From a virus (Duplodnaviria; Caudoviricetes), in the IMG/VR virus record IMGVR_UViG_3300045950_000170, positions 1 through 52,273 of that record: a DNA stretch of 52,273 bases, one strand, 5' to 3'. The first letter of the stretch is position 1; each line of letters starts with the position of its first letter. This document shows, in pieces, positions 27,331-37,300 of this stretch. A program made the position numbers and the translations under genes. The notes beneath the pieces are model-generated. The model was given only the letters and a program-made list of their open reading frames with translations. It was not told the DNA's origin and did not search any database.

Positions 27331-27683
27331 TGCCCGCAATCACTGATCCGAACCTGGGACTCAACTACGGCTGGACGCTCGGCGAAAGCGGCTGGGGCGC
27401 CGGCATGGACGCCAACCTGAAGCGGCTGGGCGCCGTGGTCAGCCTCTCGGTAAAGGACCGCGATCTGGCCACACCACCTGCCAGCCCGGTGAATGGCGAC
27501 CGTTACCTCATTCCCGTTGGTGCCACCGGCGTCTGGAGCGGCAAAACAGACCAGATAGCGGCGAGGATTGCCGGCGCATGGGAGTACCACGCCCCCAAGA
27601 TCGGCTGGCTGTGCTTCATCGAGGACGAAGCAGTGCTCTCGGCCTACAAGGCCACTGGTTGGAGCCCCGGCATCGCCATCTGA
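27330..27683 (+). CDS. DUF2793-like tail fibre-associated protein
   Basis: PPASPVNGDRYLIP.GATGVW.G....IA....GAW....P..GW. Confidence 0.8.
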   Translation: MPAITDPNLGLNYGWTLGESGWGAGMDANLKRLGAVVSLSVKDRDLATPPASPVNGDRYLIPVGATGVWSGKTDQIAARIAGAWEYHAPKIGWLCFIEDEAVLSAYKATGWSPGIAI

Positions 27684-27703
27684 ACCCTTTCCATCGAATC
27701 CCA

Positions 27704-27736
27704 GAAACCCGCCCTCGTGGCGGGTTTCGCATTTTT
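27704..27736 (+). terminator. Intrinsic terminator-like hairpin between tail and lysis genes
   Basis: GAAACCCGCC-CTCGT-GGCGGGTTTC followed by GCATTTTT. Confidence 0.65.
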
Positions 27737-27747
27737 GGAGCCTGCCC

Positions 27748-28047
27748 ATGACCGACCCACAACAACCTGTCCTGGTCGACAACATGCTCCTCCTGCGCAA
27801 GGAGGACTTCGACGACCTGCTGGAACGCGCCGCTGAACGCGGTGCCAAGCGAGCCCTGGCCGATGTTGGCCTGGATGGCGACGACGCCGCTCACGACATC
27901 CGCGAACTGCGCGGACTCCTCGATGCCTTCAACACCGCCAAGCACACCGCATGGCAGACCGTCATCAAGATGGTCACCACCGGATTCCTGCTGGCACTGG
28001 TGGCGGGCGCGCTCATCAAGCTCAAGGTGTTCGGAGGTGGCCAATGA
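27748..28047 (+). CDS. Single-TM lysis-module protein (DUF6127-like, holin/antiholin candidate)
   Basis: AAERGAKRALADVGL...DIRELRGLLD with one C-terminal hydrophobic helix; RBS GGAG. Confidence 0.65.
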   Translation: MTDPQQPVLVDNMLLLRKEDFDDLLERAAERGAKRALADVGLDGDDAAHDIRELRGLLDAFNTAKHTAWQTVIKMVTTGFLLALVAGALIKLKVFGGGQ

Positions 28048-28520
28048 TCGAGACACTGCTTGGCGGTCTGCTCGGCGGTGCCTTCCGCCTGGCGCCCGAA
28101 CTCCTCAAGTGGCTCGACCGCAAGGGCGAACGCGGCCACGAACTGGCGATGCAGGACAAGGCGCTCGAATTCGAGAAGCTGCGCGGAGCTCAACGCATGG
28201 ACGAAATCGGTGCCGGTGCCGATGCGGCGTGGAACGTGGGTGCGATAGAAACGCTGCGCGATGCCGTTCGCACCCAGGGCGAGAAAACTGGAGTCCGCTG
28301 GGCCGATGCCCTATCGAGCAGCGTGCGTCCGTTGATCACCTACTGGTTCATGACGCTGTACTGCGCCGCCAAGACGGCTGCCTTCGTGGCTGCCATCGAA
28401 GGCGGCGCCGAATGGGGCGTCGCCATCGTCCATGCTTGGACCGATGCCGACCAAGCGTTGTGGGCCGGGGTGCTGAACTTCTGGTTCCTCGGGCGTGTGT
28501 TTGATCGGGTACGGCCATGA
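28044..28520 (+). CDS. Putative holin (3-TM, GTA-holin-like)
   Basis: VRPLITYWF...VLNFWFLGR with hydrophobic segments; coupled to the endolysin gene. Confidence 0.6.
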   Translation: MIETLLGGLLGGAFRLAPELLKWLDRKGERGHELAMQDKALEFEKLRGAQRMDEIGAGADAAWNVGAIETLRDAVRTQGEKTGVRWADALSSSVRPLITYWFMTLYCAAKTAAFVAAIEGGAEWGVAIVHAWTDADQALWAGVLNFWFLGRVFDRVRP

Positions 28521-28984
28521 TCGATGTGCCCAAAGCGGCCATCGAGCTGGCCAAGCGCTTCGAGGGGTTCGAACGCAAGGTCAAGCGCGGAATCGAGACT
28601 AGCGCCGTTCCGTACATCTGCCCCGCAGGTTTCTGGACGATTGGCTACGGTCACCTCTGCGACCCTAAGCACCCGCCGATCACAGAGGCGGAAGCCGAGG
28701 TCTATTTGGCGCGTGATCTCCAATCGGCACTTACCGCCACGCTGCGCTACTGCCCTGTTCTGGCCACCGAGCCCGAGGGGCGGCTCGCTGCCATCGTGGA
28801 TTTTACGTTCAACCTCGGCGCTGGGCGGATACAGACGTCGACGCTGCGACGGCGCATCAACCAGCGGGACTGGGCTGCCGCCGCGACAGAGCTGCGCCGA
28901 TGGGTCTATGGAGGCGGGAAAGTGCTGCCAGGACTCGTCACGCGGCGTGAGGCTGAGGTCGCTTTGCTACTTCGCAACGCCTGA
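28517..28984 (+). CDS. Endolysin, GH24 lysozyme
   Basis: FEG...PYICPAGFWTIGYGH, FTFNLG.G....STL and GLVTRREAE. Confidence 0.92.
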   Translation: MIDVPKAAIELAKRFEGFERKVKRGIETSAVPYICPAGFWTIGYGHLCDPKHPPITEAEAEVYLARDLQSALTATLRYCPVLATEPEGRLAAIVDFTFNLGAGRIQTSTLRRRINQRDWAAAATELRRWVYGGGKVLPGLVTRREAEVALLLRNA

Positions 28985-29004
28985 TTGCAGAAGCTCGAGG
29001 CAGA

Positions 29005-29035
29005 GCTTGGCTTTCCAGCCGAACAGCGCGTTCAT
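29005..29035 (+). promoter_or_regulatory. Repeated upstream motif, copy 5 (opposite orientation)
   Basis: GCTTGGCTTT-CCAGCCGAA-CAGCGCGTTCAT, about 30 nt upstream of the ATG at 29065. Confidence 0.7.
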
Positions 29036-29064
29036 GTCATCCACGCCAACAAGGAGCATTAATC

Positions 29065-29355
29065 ATGAGTAACCGATTCAAACGCGCCGTCATTGACGAC
29101 GTGACGCCGCGCAACATCGACGCCAGCCAGCAGGACTACCTTCTTGATCTATTCGAATCGGCCATGAAGTCGGTAGCCACGACGCTGGTGCGCGAGGCCA
29201 AGCTCGACACGTCAGATTTTGCTACGGCAAAAACACGGGGCTGCGAAGGCTTTGCGCTAGTCTTGAGCCGGGTTCGTACCGACTCACGCACCGAGTGGCT
29301 TGGTACGTTTCAGCGTGGCGAACAACACCTCGATGTCATTGGTCATCTTGAGTAA
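29065..29355 (+). CDS. Hypothetical protein (96 aa)
   Basis: RBS AAGGAG and motif copy 5 upstream. Confidence 0.7.
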   Translation: MSNRFKRAVIDDVTPRNIDASQQDYLLDLFESAMKSVATTLVREAKLDTSDFATAKTRGCEGFALVLSRVRTDSRTEWLGTFQRGEQHLDVIGHLE

Positions 29356-29361
29356 AGACCA

Positions 29362-30309
29362 TCAATCTGTGGTTTCTGGCACATCCCAATCAGCCAGCCG
29401 AGCTTCGCCCGTCTGATAGAACTGCTTCACCAGCTTCACGTACTCCAGAAAATCCCTGTTCTCCGTGGCCAGTCGATTGGCCATATCCCAATCGATCTCG
29501 TCCCTTTCACGGGCCGGAATCAAGACCTGACTTTCTGCCGGATTGTCGGCATCCAGTTTGATCAAACCGATGCCATGTGCCGCAAACAACATGCGCAGTT
29601 CTTTGAGCGTGTCCTGCCCCTCGATCTCCGCCGCAACCAAATAGCCGAAGTTCGCCCACGACGAGTTCGAGACGGCCTGGAAAAAGCATTCGCGCACGTT
29701 CGACCGGTTGATCAGCAACTTGGCCTCGAATGACCACAGCTTTGTGCGCTTGTCTGAATACTGGTTCACGCAGTCCCGCACCTCCTGATGCCATTCCGCG
29801 CCCAAGTCCTCCATCCCGACCACGTCCGGGTATAGCCAACGGTTGCCGTTTGGCCCACGCTTGTTCGATGAGCGCTTCTCGTCAATGCGCTTTGAGTAAA
29901 CTCCAAACTCCTCCCACAGATACAGCGAAAGCAGCGGGTAGAGCGCGTGTTCTCCCTGCGACTTTCCACTTGCGTCTGCAGCAGGAGTGGCAATCACGCT
30001 CTCGACCGCAGCCACTTCAGCGACATCAGACATTGTCGAGTAGTAATACTTGCGTGGCCGCCCCTCGGTCGTCTTTAGCTCCGGGTTACGTTTCTGCAAG
30101 CGAGGTCGCTGAGAACTGATCTCCGCAACCAGTTGTTGAACCAAGTCGGCATCGGTCTTGATGTAATCGCCCCGGCTATTGGATCGTTTCTCTTGGCATT
30201 CGGCAGGATAAGTTTCAAAAATCCACTCAGCGATCTGTCGAGCGGAGAATTTCTGTTCTGGATGCGTGGCCAGGTAGTCCACAACCACTTTGCCGAGGTT
30301 AAGTGCCAT
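29362..30309 (-). CDS. COG2958/HrgA-like protein (N-terminal winged HTH + PD-(D/E)XK nuclease fold)
   Basis: EHALYP, N.WLYPDVVG, SFEAK and FFQAVSNSSWANFGYLV. Confidence 0.8.
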   Translation of the reverse strand: MALNLGKVVVDYLATHPEQKFSARQIAEWIFETYPAECQEKRSNSRGDYIKTDADLVQQLVAEISSQRPRLQKRNPELKTTEGRPRKYYYSTMSDVAEVAAVESVIATPAADASGKSQGEHALYPLLSLYLWEEFGVYSKRIDEKRSSNKRGPNGNRWLYPDVVGMEDLGAEWHQEVRDCVNQYSDKRTKLWSFEAKLLINRSNVRECFFQAVSNSSWANFGYLVAAEIEGQDTLKELRMLFAAHGIGLIKLDADNPAESQVLIPARERDEIDWDMANRLATENRDFLEYVKLVKQFYQTGEARLADWDVPETTD

Positions 30310-30335
30310 CTATGTTTCCCCAATCTTCTTTGGTC

Positions 30336-31673
30336 TCAAGCCGGGACAGCGTCCAAGTTGTCGGCCCGGGCTTTGTTTGAATTGTCCTGAATGAAAGTGA
30401 CGTCGAATGCTGGCGAAGCTGGCAACATGAGTTGGCGCTTTGTGAGGCAAAACGGCAGCACCCAAAGCCGCATCCCATTCGCCTTCGGAAATTCGAAGAC
30501 AGGCAGCGGTTCTGCAAAGGCGTCCGTCTTGGGGTAGATCAATATGATGTCCCCGTTGCCGTCCAGGTAGTGATGACCATAGGCGTACAGCTGATAGAAA
30601 TCTGCCTGGCTGAGTTGGTATTTCTCTCGCCCGTTCTTTTTCGCTGAATCCAGTAGCTTCCACTTCGTGTCCAAGACCAAGCGTGTGTTTTGCTTCTGCT
30701 TGACCAATAAGTCGGGCTTCAAGCGGAACCATCGTTGATCGTCGTGCGCAACGAGGTGCTGACTGCTTGCCTGTGCCTTCAAGACGAAGTCATCGCGTAA
30801 CTGCCTCGCCAAGTGCTTCTCGACATACGCCTCAAACACGGCCTCCATCGGAAATAGCAGCGAAGGGGCGTGATGCTTTCCCATCCCAGAGATGGGGCTA
30901 AGGCCCTGCAGAATTAGCTTCGTCCAGTCCAGTGCAGACTCGTAGTAGCCCATGCCTCGGTCCAGCCTGATCCGTTGAATGTCCATGGCGACATCAACTG
31001 ACAGTGGAACTTCCGCGAAGACAAAACCGAGTTCGCGTGCGACACGCTGGCTCTCCTGTGACCGGCACAGGGTCAGCACATGGCGAAGTGCGCTGTGAAT
31101 CAATCTGTTCTCTGCGCGGTCCTGCGAAAACTCGTCATGCTCGGTGACGAATCGATCTCTCCTGACCAGATTCTGGGAGATCTGTCGAGCTACCAACAAC
31201 CGGCCACGAAGTGCAAAAAGGTTATCCTGTCGCGCGACATAGTCACTGCGCAGTCCGCGCTTGACCAGCGAACCGACGGCCATCAGGAACTGCTGGATGA
31301 ACACCTCCAGGAGAGGCATGCGTTCCGCGACCAAGTCCGCGTTGGCTGTTCTGATGTGTCGAAACTCGGCCAGGCACTTCAACATCTCGATCAGGAGCGC
31401 ACGCGCCTGCTCAGGCGAAGTATCCCTTCCGGTCTTTGGCAGTACCTCGATCTGATATCCGCAAGGGGCGCGAATAACGCCGACATAGCTGGTGACCTGT
31501 ATGGCCCGCTGGCCATTCAATTGAGTCGGCTTGAGCCAGCCAGGGGCATCTTCATCACTTCTAAGGGACTGCGTTTCCAGCCATGCGAAGACACGCTTTG
31601 GCACAGCAAGCCCGACCGCTCCGGCCTTTGCTTCGACGACCTTGTCGAACTCAAAGATCGTGAGGGAATTCAT
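30336..31673 (-). CDS. mcrC: McrC family type IV restriction nuclease subunit
   Basis: YVGVI....IEVLPK, LFPMEAVFE.YV, LKPDL, LDTKWK and ADFYQLYAY. Confidence 0.9.
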   Translation of the reverse strand: MNSLTIFEFDKVVEAKAGAVGLAVPKRVFAWLETQSLRSDEDAPGWLKPTQLNGQRAIQVTSYVGVIRAPCGYQIEVLPKTGRDTSPEQARALLIEMLKCLAEFRHIRTANADLVAERMPLLEVFIQQFLMAVGSLVKRGLRSDYVARQDNLFALRGRLLVARQISQNLVRRDRFVTEHDEFSQDRAENRLIHSALRHVLTLCRSQESQRVARELGFVFAEVPLSVDVAMDIQRIRLDRGMGYYESALDWTKLILQGLSPISGMGKHHAPSLLFPMEAVFEAYVEKHLARQLRDDFVLKAQASSQHLVAHDDQRWFRLKPDLLVKQKQNTRLVLDTKWKLLDSAKKNGREKYQLSQADFYQLYAYGHHYLDGNGDIILIYPKTDAFAEPLPVFEFPKANGMRLWVLPFCLTKRQLMLPASPAFDVTFIQDNSNKARADNLDAVPA

Positions 31674-33664
31674 CCGGCGGTCACGTCTGGTTTGGCTGCA
31701 TAAATGCCAACATACGCGTCAGGCTCCTCAAGAGCAGCAGCGTTCAGCTGGTAGCGAGAACGAATCGCGTACTGATCCAGCTCGTGCTCACGACCGAAGA
31801 GTGCCAGCAGATCCTCCTCGCGGCCGATTTCATGGACGAACTGATGCTCCTGCTTCGGCTTCTGGTTATCGCCCAGGACCAGTCGAATCTTCTGCCAGTC
31901 CTCGAAAAAGTATTCCTCCAGCAGCGGAATGATCTTGTTCCGGAACACTGTCTTCAGCTCGCTGAAGCGATCTTCATCTTTCAGGTCTTTGATGCGCGTG
32001 AAGTAGGCATGCCCCACCGTGTGGTCGCGGTCGTACAGGGCCTCGATCCGCTTGTTGAGCATGATCAGTAACTGCTCGATGTTGATGTCCACGCCGTTGT
32101 GGGAGACGATGGTGCCCGTCAGAACCGAGGGCTTGGGCATTGATTCAACGAACTCGAATCGACGGCGAAGCGCGGTGTCGACCAGTGCCAATGATCGGTC
32201 TGCCGTGTTCATCGTCCCGATCACATCAATGTTCGAAGGCACGCTGAAACTCTCTGCAGAGTACGGCAGCGTTACGGAGACGGGATACTTCGCTCCTTCG
32301 CGCTTGTCCACTTCCACGAGTGTGATGAGCTCGCCGAAGATCTTGCTGATGTTCCCGCGATTGATCTCATCGATCACCATCGCGTATTGCCGCGACGGGT
32401 TCTTACGCGCCAGGTCACACAACCTCAAGAAAGCCCCTGGCTTGATCTCATAACGTACCTCACCATCCGATGCGGCGGCTGCCTCAGTGTCTGCTGCACG
32501 CTTCTTGCCACGCTTGGTGATCACAGGGCGCAGACCCTCGACAAATTCCTCGTACCCGTAGGACTGATGGAAGGTGACAAACTCGTAGCGCTCGCCATAT
32601 TCGGCATCGGTGTACTCTTTCTCGAGCAAGGCCTGCAAATCAAATGTCTTGCCGGTTCCAGGCGGGCCGTAGTAGATGACGTTCTTTGGCGGCTTGTCGC
32701 TTTTGGGCTCGTCTTCAATGTCGTAGTCATCGGGCCAGTAGCCATTGCGCCCGGCACGCGGCCCGAGCTTCGCCGGCCAACTGCCTTCATCTTTGTCAGC
32801 AGCCTCGAAGAGCTGAACCAGCTCGCTGGTGAGATCGGTAGACTCCAGCTCATCCAGCCCGGCAAAGGCAGACCAGCTGACCCGGATGCCATCCTTGCGC
32901 AAGAACAGCCATCCGACGGGGCCACCTTTGACCGCTCCCTTTTCCTTTCGTCCGAAGCGCAGCTGGCTGTTTGTGGCCCGGGTGAACCACCAGTCCAACC
33001 CCATCTCGTTTACTGCACGGGCAAGTCGCCCGAATAGCTCTGTCGTCGTGGCGGTCCACAGTGGTTGGCGTTCGACGAAATCCTCGTGCCCTTGGAAGTG
33101 CGCCAGCAGGCTTGCGTTGTCAGCATCAGCAGATAGCCCCAACTGATCAGCCAGATCGTCGTAGCTGATTTTGAAGTTCTTGATGGCCTCCGCGCTCCAG
33201 TCGACCAGCGCAGTAAAATCCAGCGCAAGGCCGTCGTTGGCAGACTTGATGGCCACAATGGGCGAAGACTTCAACGGTCCTCGAATCTGCTCGTACTTCT
33301 TGCGCAATACCGGGTCATCGACCTTGATATCTACGAGGTCGATCTTGACCACAAAACCAAGGTCGGCGTCGATGCCTACGGTGTAGGCCAGCCCTTCAGG
33401 CGCGCTATTTGATGGGTAAATCCGGGCCCAGTTGTAGGGAATGAACTTCTTCTGCCATTGATCAGTGGGCTTGCGAACGGTCTTGGTCCACCCACCCGTG
33501 AAAAGTTGCTGTTGCAGCGCCTCAGCCCACTGCTTGGTGACGTCGTAGGCCTGCCCCAGCTCCTCGTAGACGCGCTGCTGCTCCGGGTTGGTCTTGTCAT
33601 AGACCGTTCCCTTCCACTTGTTCAGCAGCTTGAAATGGTCATTGTTGAAATAGTTCTGTGCCAT
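31670..33664 (-). CDS. mcrB: McrB family AAA+ GTPase subunit
   Basis: GPPGTGKT, VTFHQSYGYEEFVEG, IDEINRGN, the McrB signature MNTADRS, and ALRRRF. Confidence 0.92.
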   Translation of the reverse strand: MAQNYFNNDHFKLLNKWKGTVYDKTNPEQQRVYEELGQAYDVTKQWAEALQQQLFTGGWTKTVRKPTDQWQKKFIPYNWARIYPSNSAPEGLAYTVGIDADLGFVVKIDLVDIKVDDPVLRKKYEQIRGPLKSSPIVAIKSANDGLALDFTALVDWSAEAIKNFKISYDDLADQLGLSADADNASLLAHFQGHEDFVERQPLWTATTTELFGRLARAVNEMGLDWWFTRATNSQLRFGRKEKGAVKGGPVGWLFLRKDGIRVSWSAFAGLDELESTDLTSELVQLFEAADKDEGSWPAKLGPRAGRNGYWPDDYDIEDEPKSDKPPKNVIYYGPPGTGKTFDLQALLEKEYTDAEYGERYEFVTFHQSYGYEEFVEGLRPVITKRGKKRAADTEAAAASDGEVRYEIKPGAFLRLCDLARKNPSRQYAMVIDEINRGNISKIFGELITLVEVDKREGAKYPVSVTLPYSAESFSVPSNIDVIGTMNTADRSLALVDTALRRRFEFVESMPKPSVLTGTIVSHNGVDINIEQLLIMLNKRIEALYDRDHTVGHAYFTRIKDLKDEDRFSELKTVFRNKIIPLLEEYFFEDWQKIRLVLGDNQKPKQEHQFVHEIGREEDLLALFGREHELDQYAIRSRYQLNAAALEEPDAYVGIYAAKPDVTAG

Positions 33665-33668
33665 CGTC

Positions 33669-34364
33669 TCAAATCCCTTCTACGTCCATGCCGTGTTCTG
33701 CCAACCAGATCTTTCGCCGCTCGAAATCAGGAAGTGCGCGTTCGACCCGCTGCCAGAACTCTGGCGTGTGATGCGGTTGATGCAGGTGCGCCAGTTCATG
33801 TACGACCACGTACTCGGCGATGCGCGGCGGCAACAGGATGGTCTTCCAGTGAAAGTACAGCCAGTCGCCTTTGCCGCATGATCCCCAGCGGTAACCCAGA
33901 TCCTGCACCTTCACGCCAACAGGCCGGACCTCCATGCGTGCCACATAGTCCTGCACCTTGTCCCACAGCCAAAGCTTGGCCCGGCCGCTGTACCACTGAA
34001 CCAAATGGTGCCGGGCGTTTTCGACCAGGTCGCGGCGCAACAGGAAGCGGCCATTCAGCAGTTTCAAAGCCACATCCTGTTCATCCACCAGTCGCAATCG
34101 GTAGCTACGACCCAGGTATAGAAAACCCTCGCCATCGACGTAACTCTTGGTCGGTACTGCCTTTTGCAGCCGATCTTTCTCCGCCAGCTTGGTGTAGATC
34201 CAGAAGCGCTTTTCCAGGACGAACTCGCGCAGACGTTCTTCTTCCACATCGGGCGGTGCCGACAGCACCAAATCGCCGCTGCGATCCACGGTGATCTGCA
34301 GCGTTCTGCGCCGACTGCTGGGTTTCAGCTCGAAGGAGAGATCGTCTACGGTCAGCACGCTCAT
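33669..34364 (-). CDS. M48/YgjP-like (DUF45) metallopeptidase
   Basis: RWGSC and YVVVHELAH...HH...FW; the usual position downstream of hsdR. Confidence 0.88.
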   Translation of the reverse strand: MSVLTVDDLSFELKPSSRRRTLQITVDRSGDLVLSAPPDVEEERLREFVLEKRFWIYTKLAEKDRLQKAVPTKSYVDGEGFLYLGRSYRLRLVDEQDVALKLLNGRFLLRRDLVENARHHLVQWYSGRAKLWLWDKVQDYVARMEVRPVGVKVQDLGYRWGSCGKGDWLYFHWKTILLPPRIAEYVVVHELAHLHQPHHTPEFWQRVERALPDFERRKIWLAEHGMDVEGI

Positions 34365-37300
34365 GCCTTGATCAACCTCTCATGGTTGGCGCGGGCCAAT
34401 TCCAGCAAGCGATCCTTCAGGGCTGAGACATCACCGGGCGCAACTAGCCTCGAAGTGCGCAGCGTTCTGAAGATGCGCGCCCCCAAAGCGTCCTGAGCTG
34501 GCCGCTTGTGTGGTTCCCAGAAGGTGTCGGTCAGTTCGCCGGCAATCATGTCGACTAGCTCTACGGTCAGGTCGCGAATCTTGAGCAATTGCTCATCCGT
34601 CGGTGGCTCGCTCCCCAGTACGGCCTCCAGCAGCATTCGCAGGAACGGTAGGTAATGCTCGGGCATGTCAGCGGGTGCCGCATCGTCACTGATGCTCCCG
34701 GCACGCATTTCGTTGATGATCTTCTGCAATGCGGCAATCAGCTCATCCCACTGATCCGCCAGCGTTTTCAAAATCTCACTCAGCCGCTCACTGAGCTTGC
34801 GGAACAGCACCGGGTCCTCATCCAGATGTTTGCGGATGTGAGAGCGAATGGCGTGCTCCATCTCCGACGCCTTGGCGCGGTCATTGGCCTGGCGCGACAG
34901 ATGCGTGTCGAACTCCGCGTCGGTCAGTGCAATCGGCGGGATCTTCGGATCGATGCCCAAGGAAATCACATGGTCATCGATCAGCTTGCGGACCTTGGCG
35001 CCGACATCCTTGCCGAGAACCGGCGTGTCCTTGTAGCGGTTGCGGGCTCGGGCGTAGATGTACGAGAGGGTCTTGGCGTCCTTGGAGAAGGGCAAGCCTT
35101 CCGGGCGCGGCAAAACCATGTCCAGCGAACCCAGGAACTGCTTGAGTTTCACGGTGAACTCTGCACGCAGTCGTTCGTCCGCCAGCACTTCAACGCAGGT
35201 CTCCACGTCATCCAGTGACTCGATGTCGCGGCTGCGGAACAGGTCCACCACACGCAGGTGCCGATCGCGCAGCGCCGGCACTTCGTCTTTCAGGCTCTGC
35301 AATGCCCCCTGAATGTCCTCGTCAGCGTAGGCGGCCAGAGCTTCCTTCAGGTGTTGGGCGACGCCGTAGTAATCCACCACGATGCCGCAGCGCTTGCCGA
35401 AGCCGGTGCGGTTCACGCGAGCAATGGCCTGCAGCAGCTCCGCCTCGCGGATCGGCCGATCGAGATACATCACGCCTTCAATCGGCGCATCGAAGCCGGT
35501 CAACAGCATCGACTTCACGACCAGGAAAGCCAGCGCGTCGGTCTTCTCCGGCTTGGTGTGGAACAGCGGTTTCTTGAAGCGCTTGATCCGTGTCTCGTTG
35601 GCCGCCGCGTCGGTCCACTGCTTCCAGGCCGGATCGTCGTTGTTGCCACCGGAGATCACCGCCGCGAACTCGATCTTCTTCAGCGTGTCGCGATAGCGCC
35701 AGGCTTGCACAATGGCCTGCACCTTGGGCGGGCGCTGACACAGCGTTTCGTCGTCCAGCGCCTTGTCTTCGGGTGGTAGCGCTTCGGCCTCGGCCAGCAA
35801 ATCGGCCCTGGCCGTTTCAAACGCGGCTACGTAACGCACAGCGGCCAAGCGGCTGTAGGCCACCACTTGAGCCTTGTAGCCATTGGGCAGAATGTTGGTC
35901 ACGTAGTGGCGCAACATGTCACGTGCCTTGTCCGCGATCAGCAGCGGGGCGTCGAAGATCTGGCCCTTGGTGGCGTACTTCTGCTTGATCGCCTCCAGAT
36001 CTTCCGCGCTGCGCTCGCGGAACAAGTCCTCGAACAGATCATCCAGACTGGCACCGTCTTTGACCGCACCCTGCGCGGTGCGCCCCTCGTACAGCACGGG
36101 TACTGTCGCACCGTCTTCCTCGGCCTCTTTGATCGTGTAGCGGTCGATGAATTCGCCGAATATCTCGTGGGTGCGCTTCTTGTCACCCATGATGATCGGC
36201 GTGCCGGTGAATCCGATACGCGCGCAGTTGGGTAGCCCCGCCAGCAGATTGGCGTGCAGATCGCCTGCCTGGGTGCGGTGCGCTTCATCCACAAGCACGA
36301 GGATGGTCTCGTCCTCGTTCAACACTTCAAACGTTTTCGCCGCAGGCTTGGCCACATAGGTTGAAGCCGCTGGCTCCTTCACGCCCATTTGCCCGTCGTG
36401 CCAGCCTTCCGGAATATCCTCCTCGGTCAGGCCCGGCTCACCGGCGGCATCTGGGTCCCGGTACTTCTGGATCGTGGCGAACAGCAGCCCCGGCCCTTTG
36501 CGGCGCACCAACTTCTGCACAGCTACGGTAGAAGTCGCTACCTCAACCACTTCGCCGGTCAGCGTTGCCGTGGCGCTGAGCTGGTCCTGCAAGTCTTTGC
36601 GATCGGTCACCACCACCACTTTGAAACGGCGCAGGGCGGCATTCGTGCGCAGCTTGCGCACCAGGAACACCATGGTCAGCGATTTACCAGAACCCTGGGT
36701 GTGCCAGATCACGCCACCGCGCCGGTCGTACTCGCCATCCTGCAGACGCGTCTTGCCGCTCTGCAGGCGCTCGATCGCCTTGTTCACGGCGCGGAACTGC
36801 TGATAGCGACAAGCCACCTTGATGGTCTGACCACCTGCCGGCATGAACAGGGTGAAGTGGCGCACGATGTCCAGCAGGTTTGCTTGGGTGAGCATGCCCG
36901 CTACCAAGCGTTGCTGCTCGGAAAGATGCTCAACGCCAAGGCTGGCCGCGACGTCTGCCTCTCGCGCCGGGGCTACCGTCTTCCAGCTTGCGAAGTGCTC
37001 GAACAAGCCGCCGATGGTGCCCACGCGCGCCTCGTCAAAGCTGGTCGCGATCAACAGCTGATTGGTGAAGAAGAGCGGCTCGTTGCCCTCAAAGTCTTCC
37101 ACCTCGTAGTTGGCGTGCCGCTGGTTGCTGTAGCGGCGCAACTGGTCAATCGCCTCGGCCAGTGGTTCCGGGACGGACGGGCTCTTGCACTCCACCACCA
37201 CTAGCGGAATGCCGTTCACCAGCAATACCAAGTCCGGCACGATGAAGGCCTTACCGCTGTTGTAGCCGGGCGGGCAATCCACGCGGTACTGGTTAACGAC

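Noticed and set aside
20392-27683. Diversity-generating retroelement or invertible tail-fibre cassette
   Set aside because: No reverse transcriptase, TR/VR repeat pair, invertase or inverted fibre fragments were seen.
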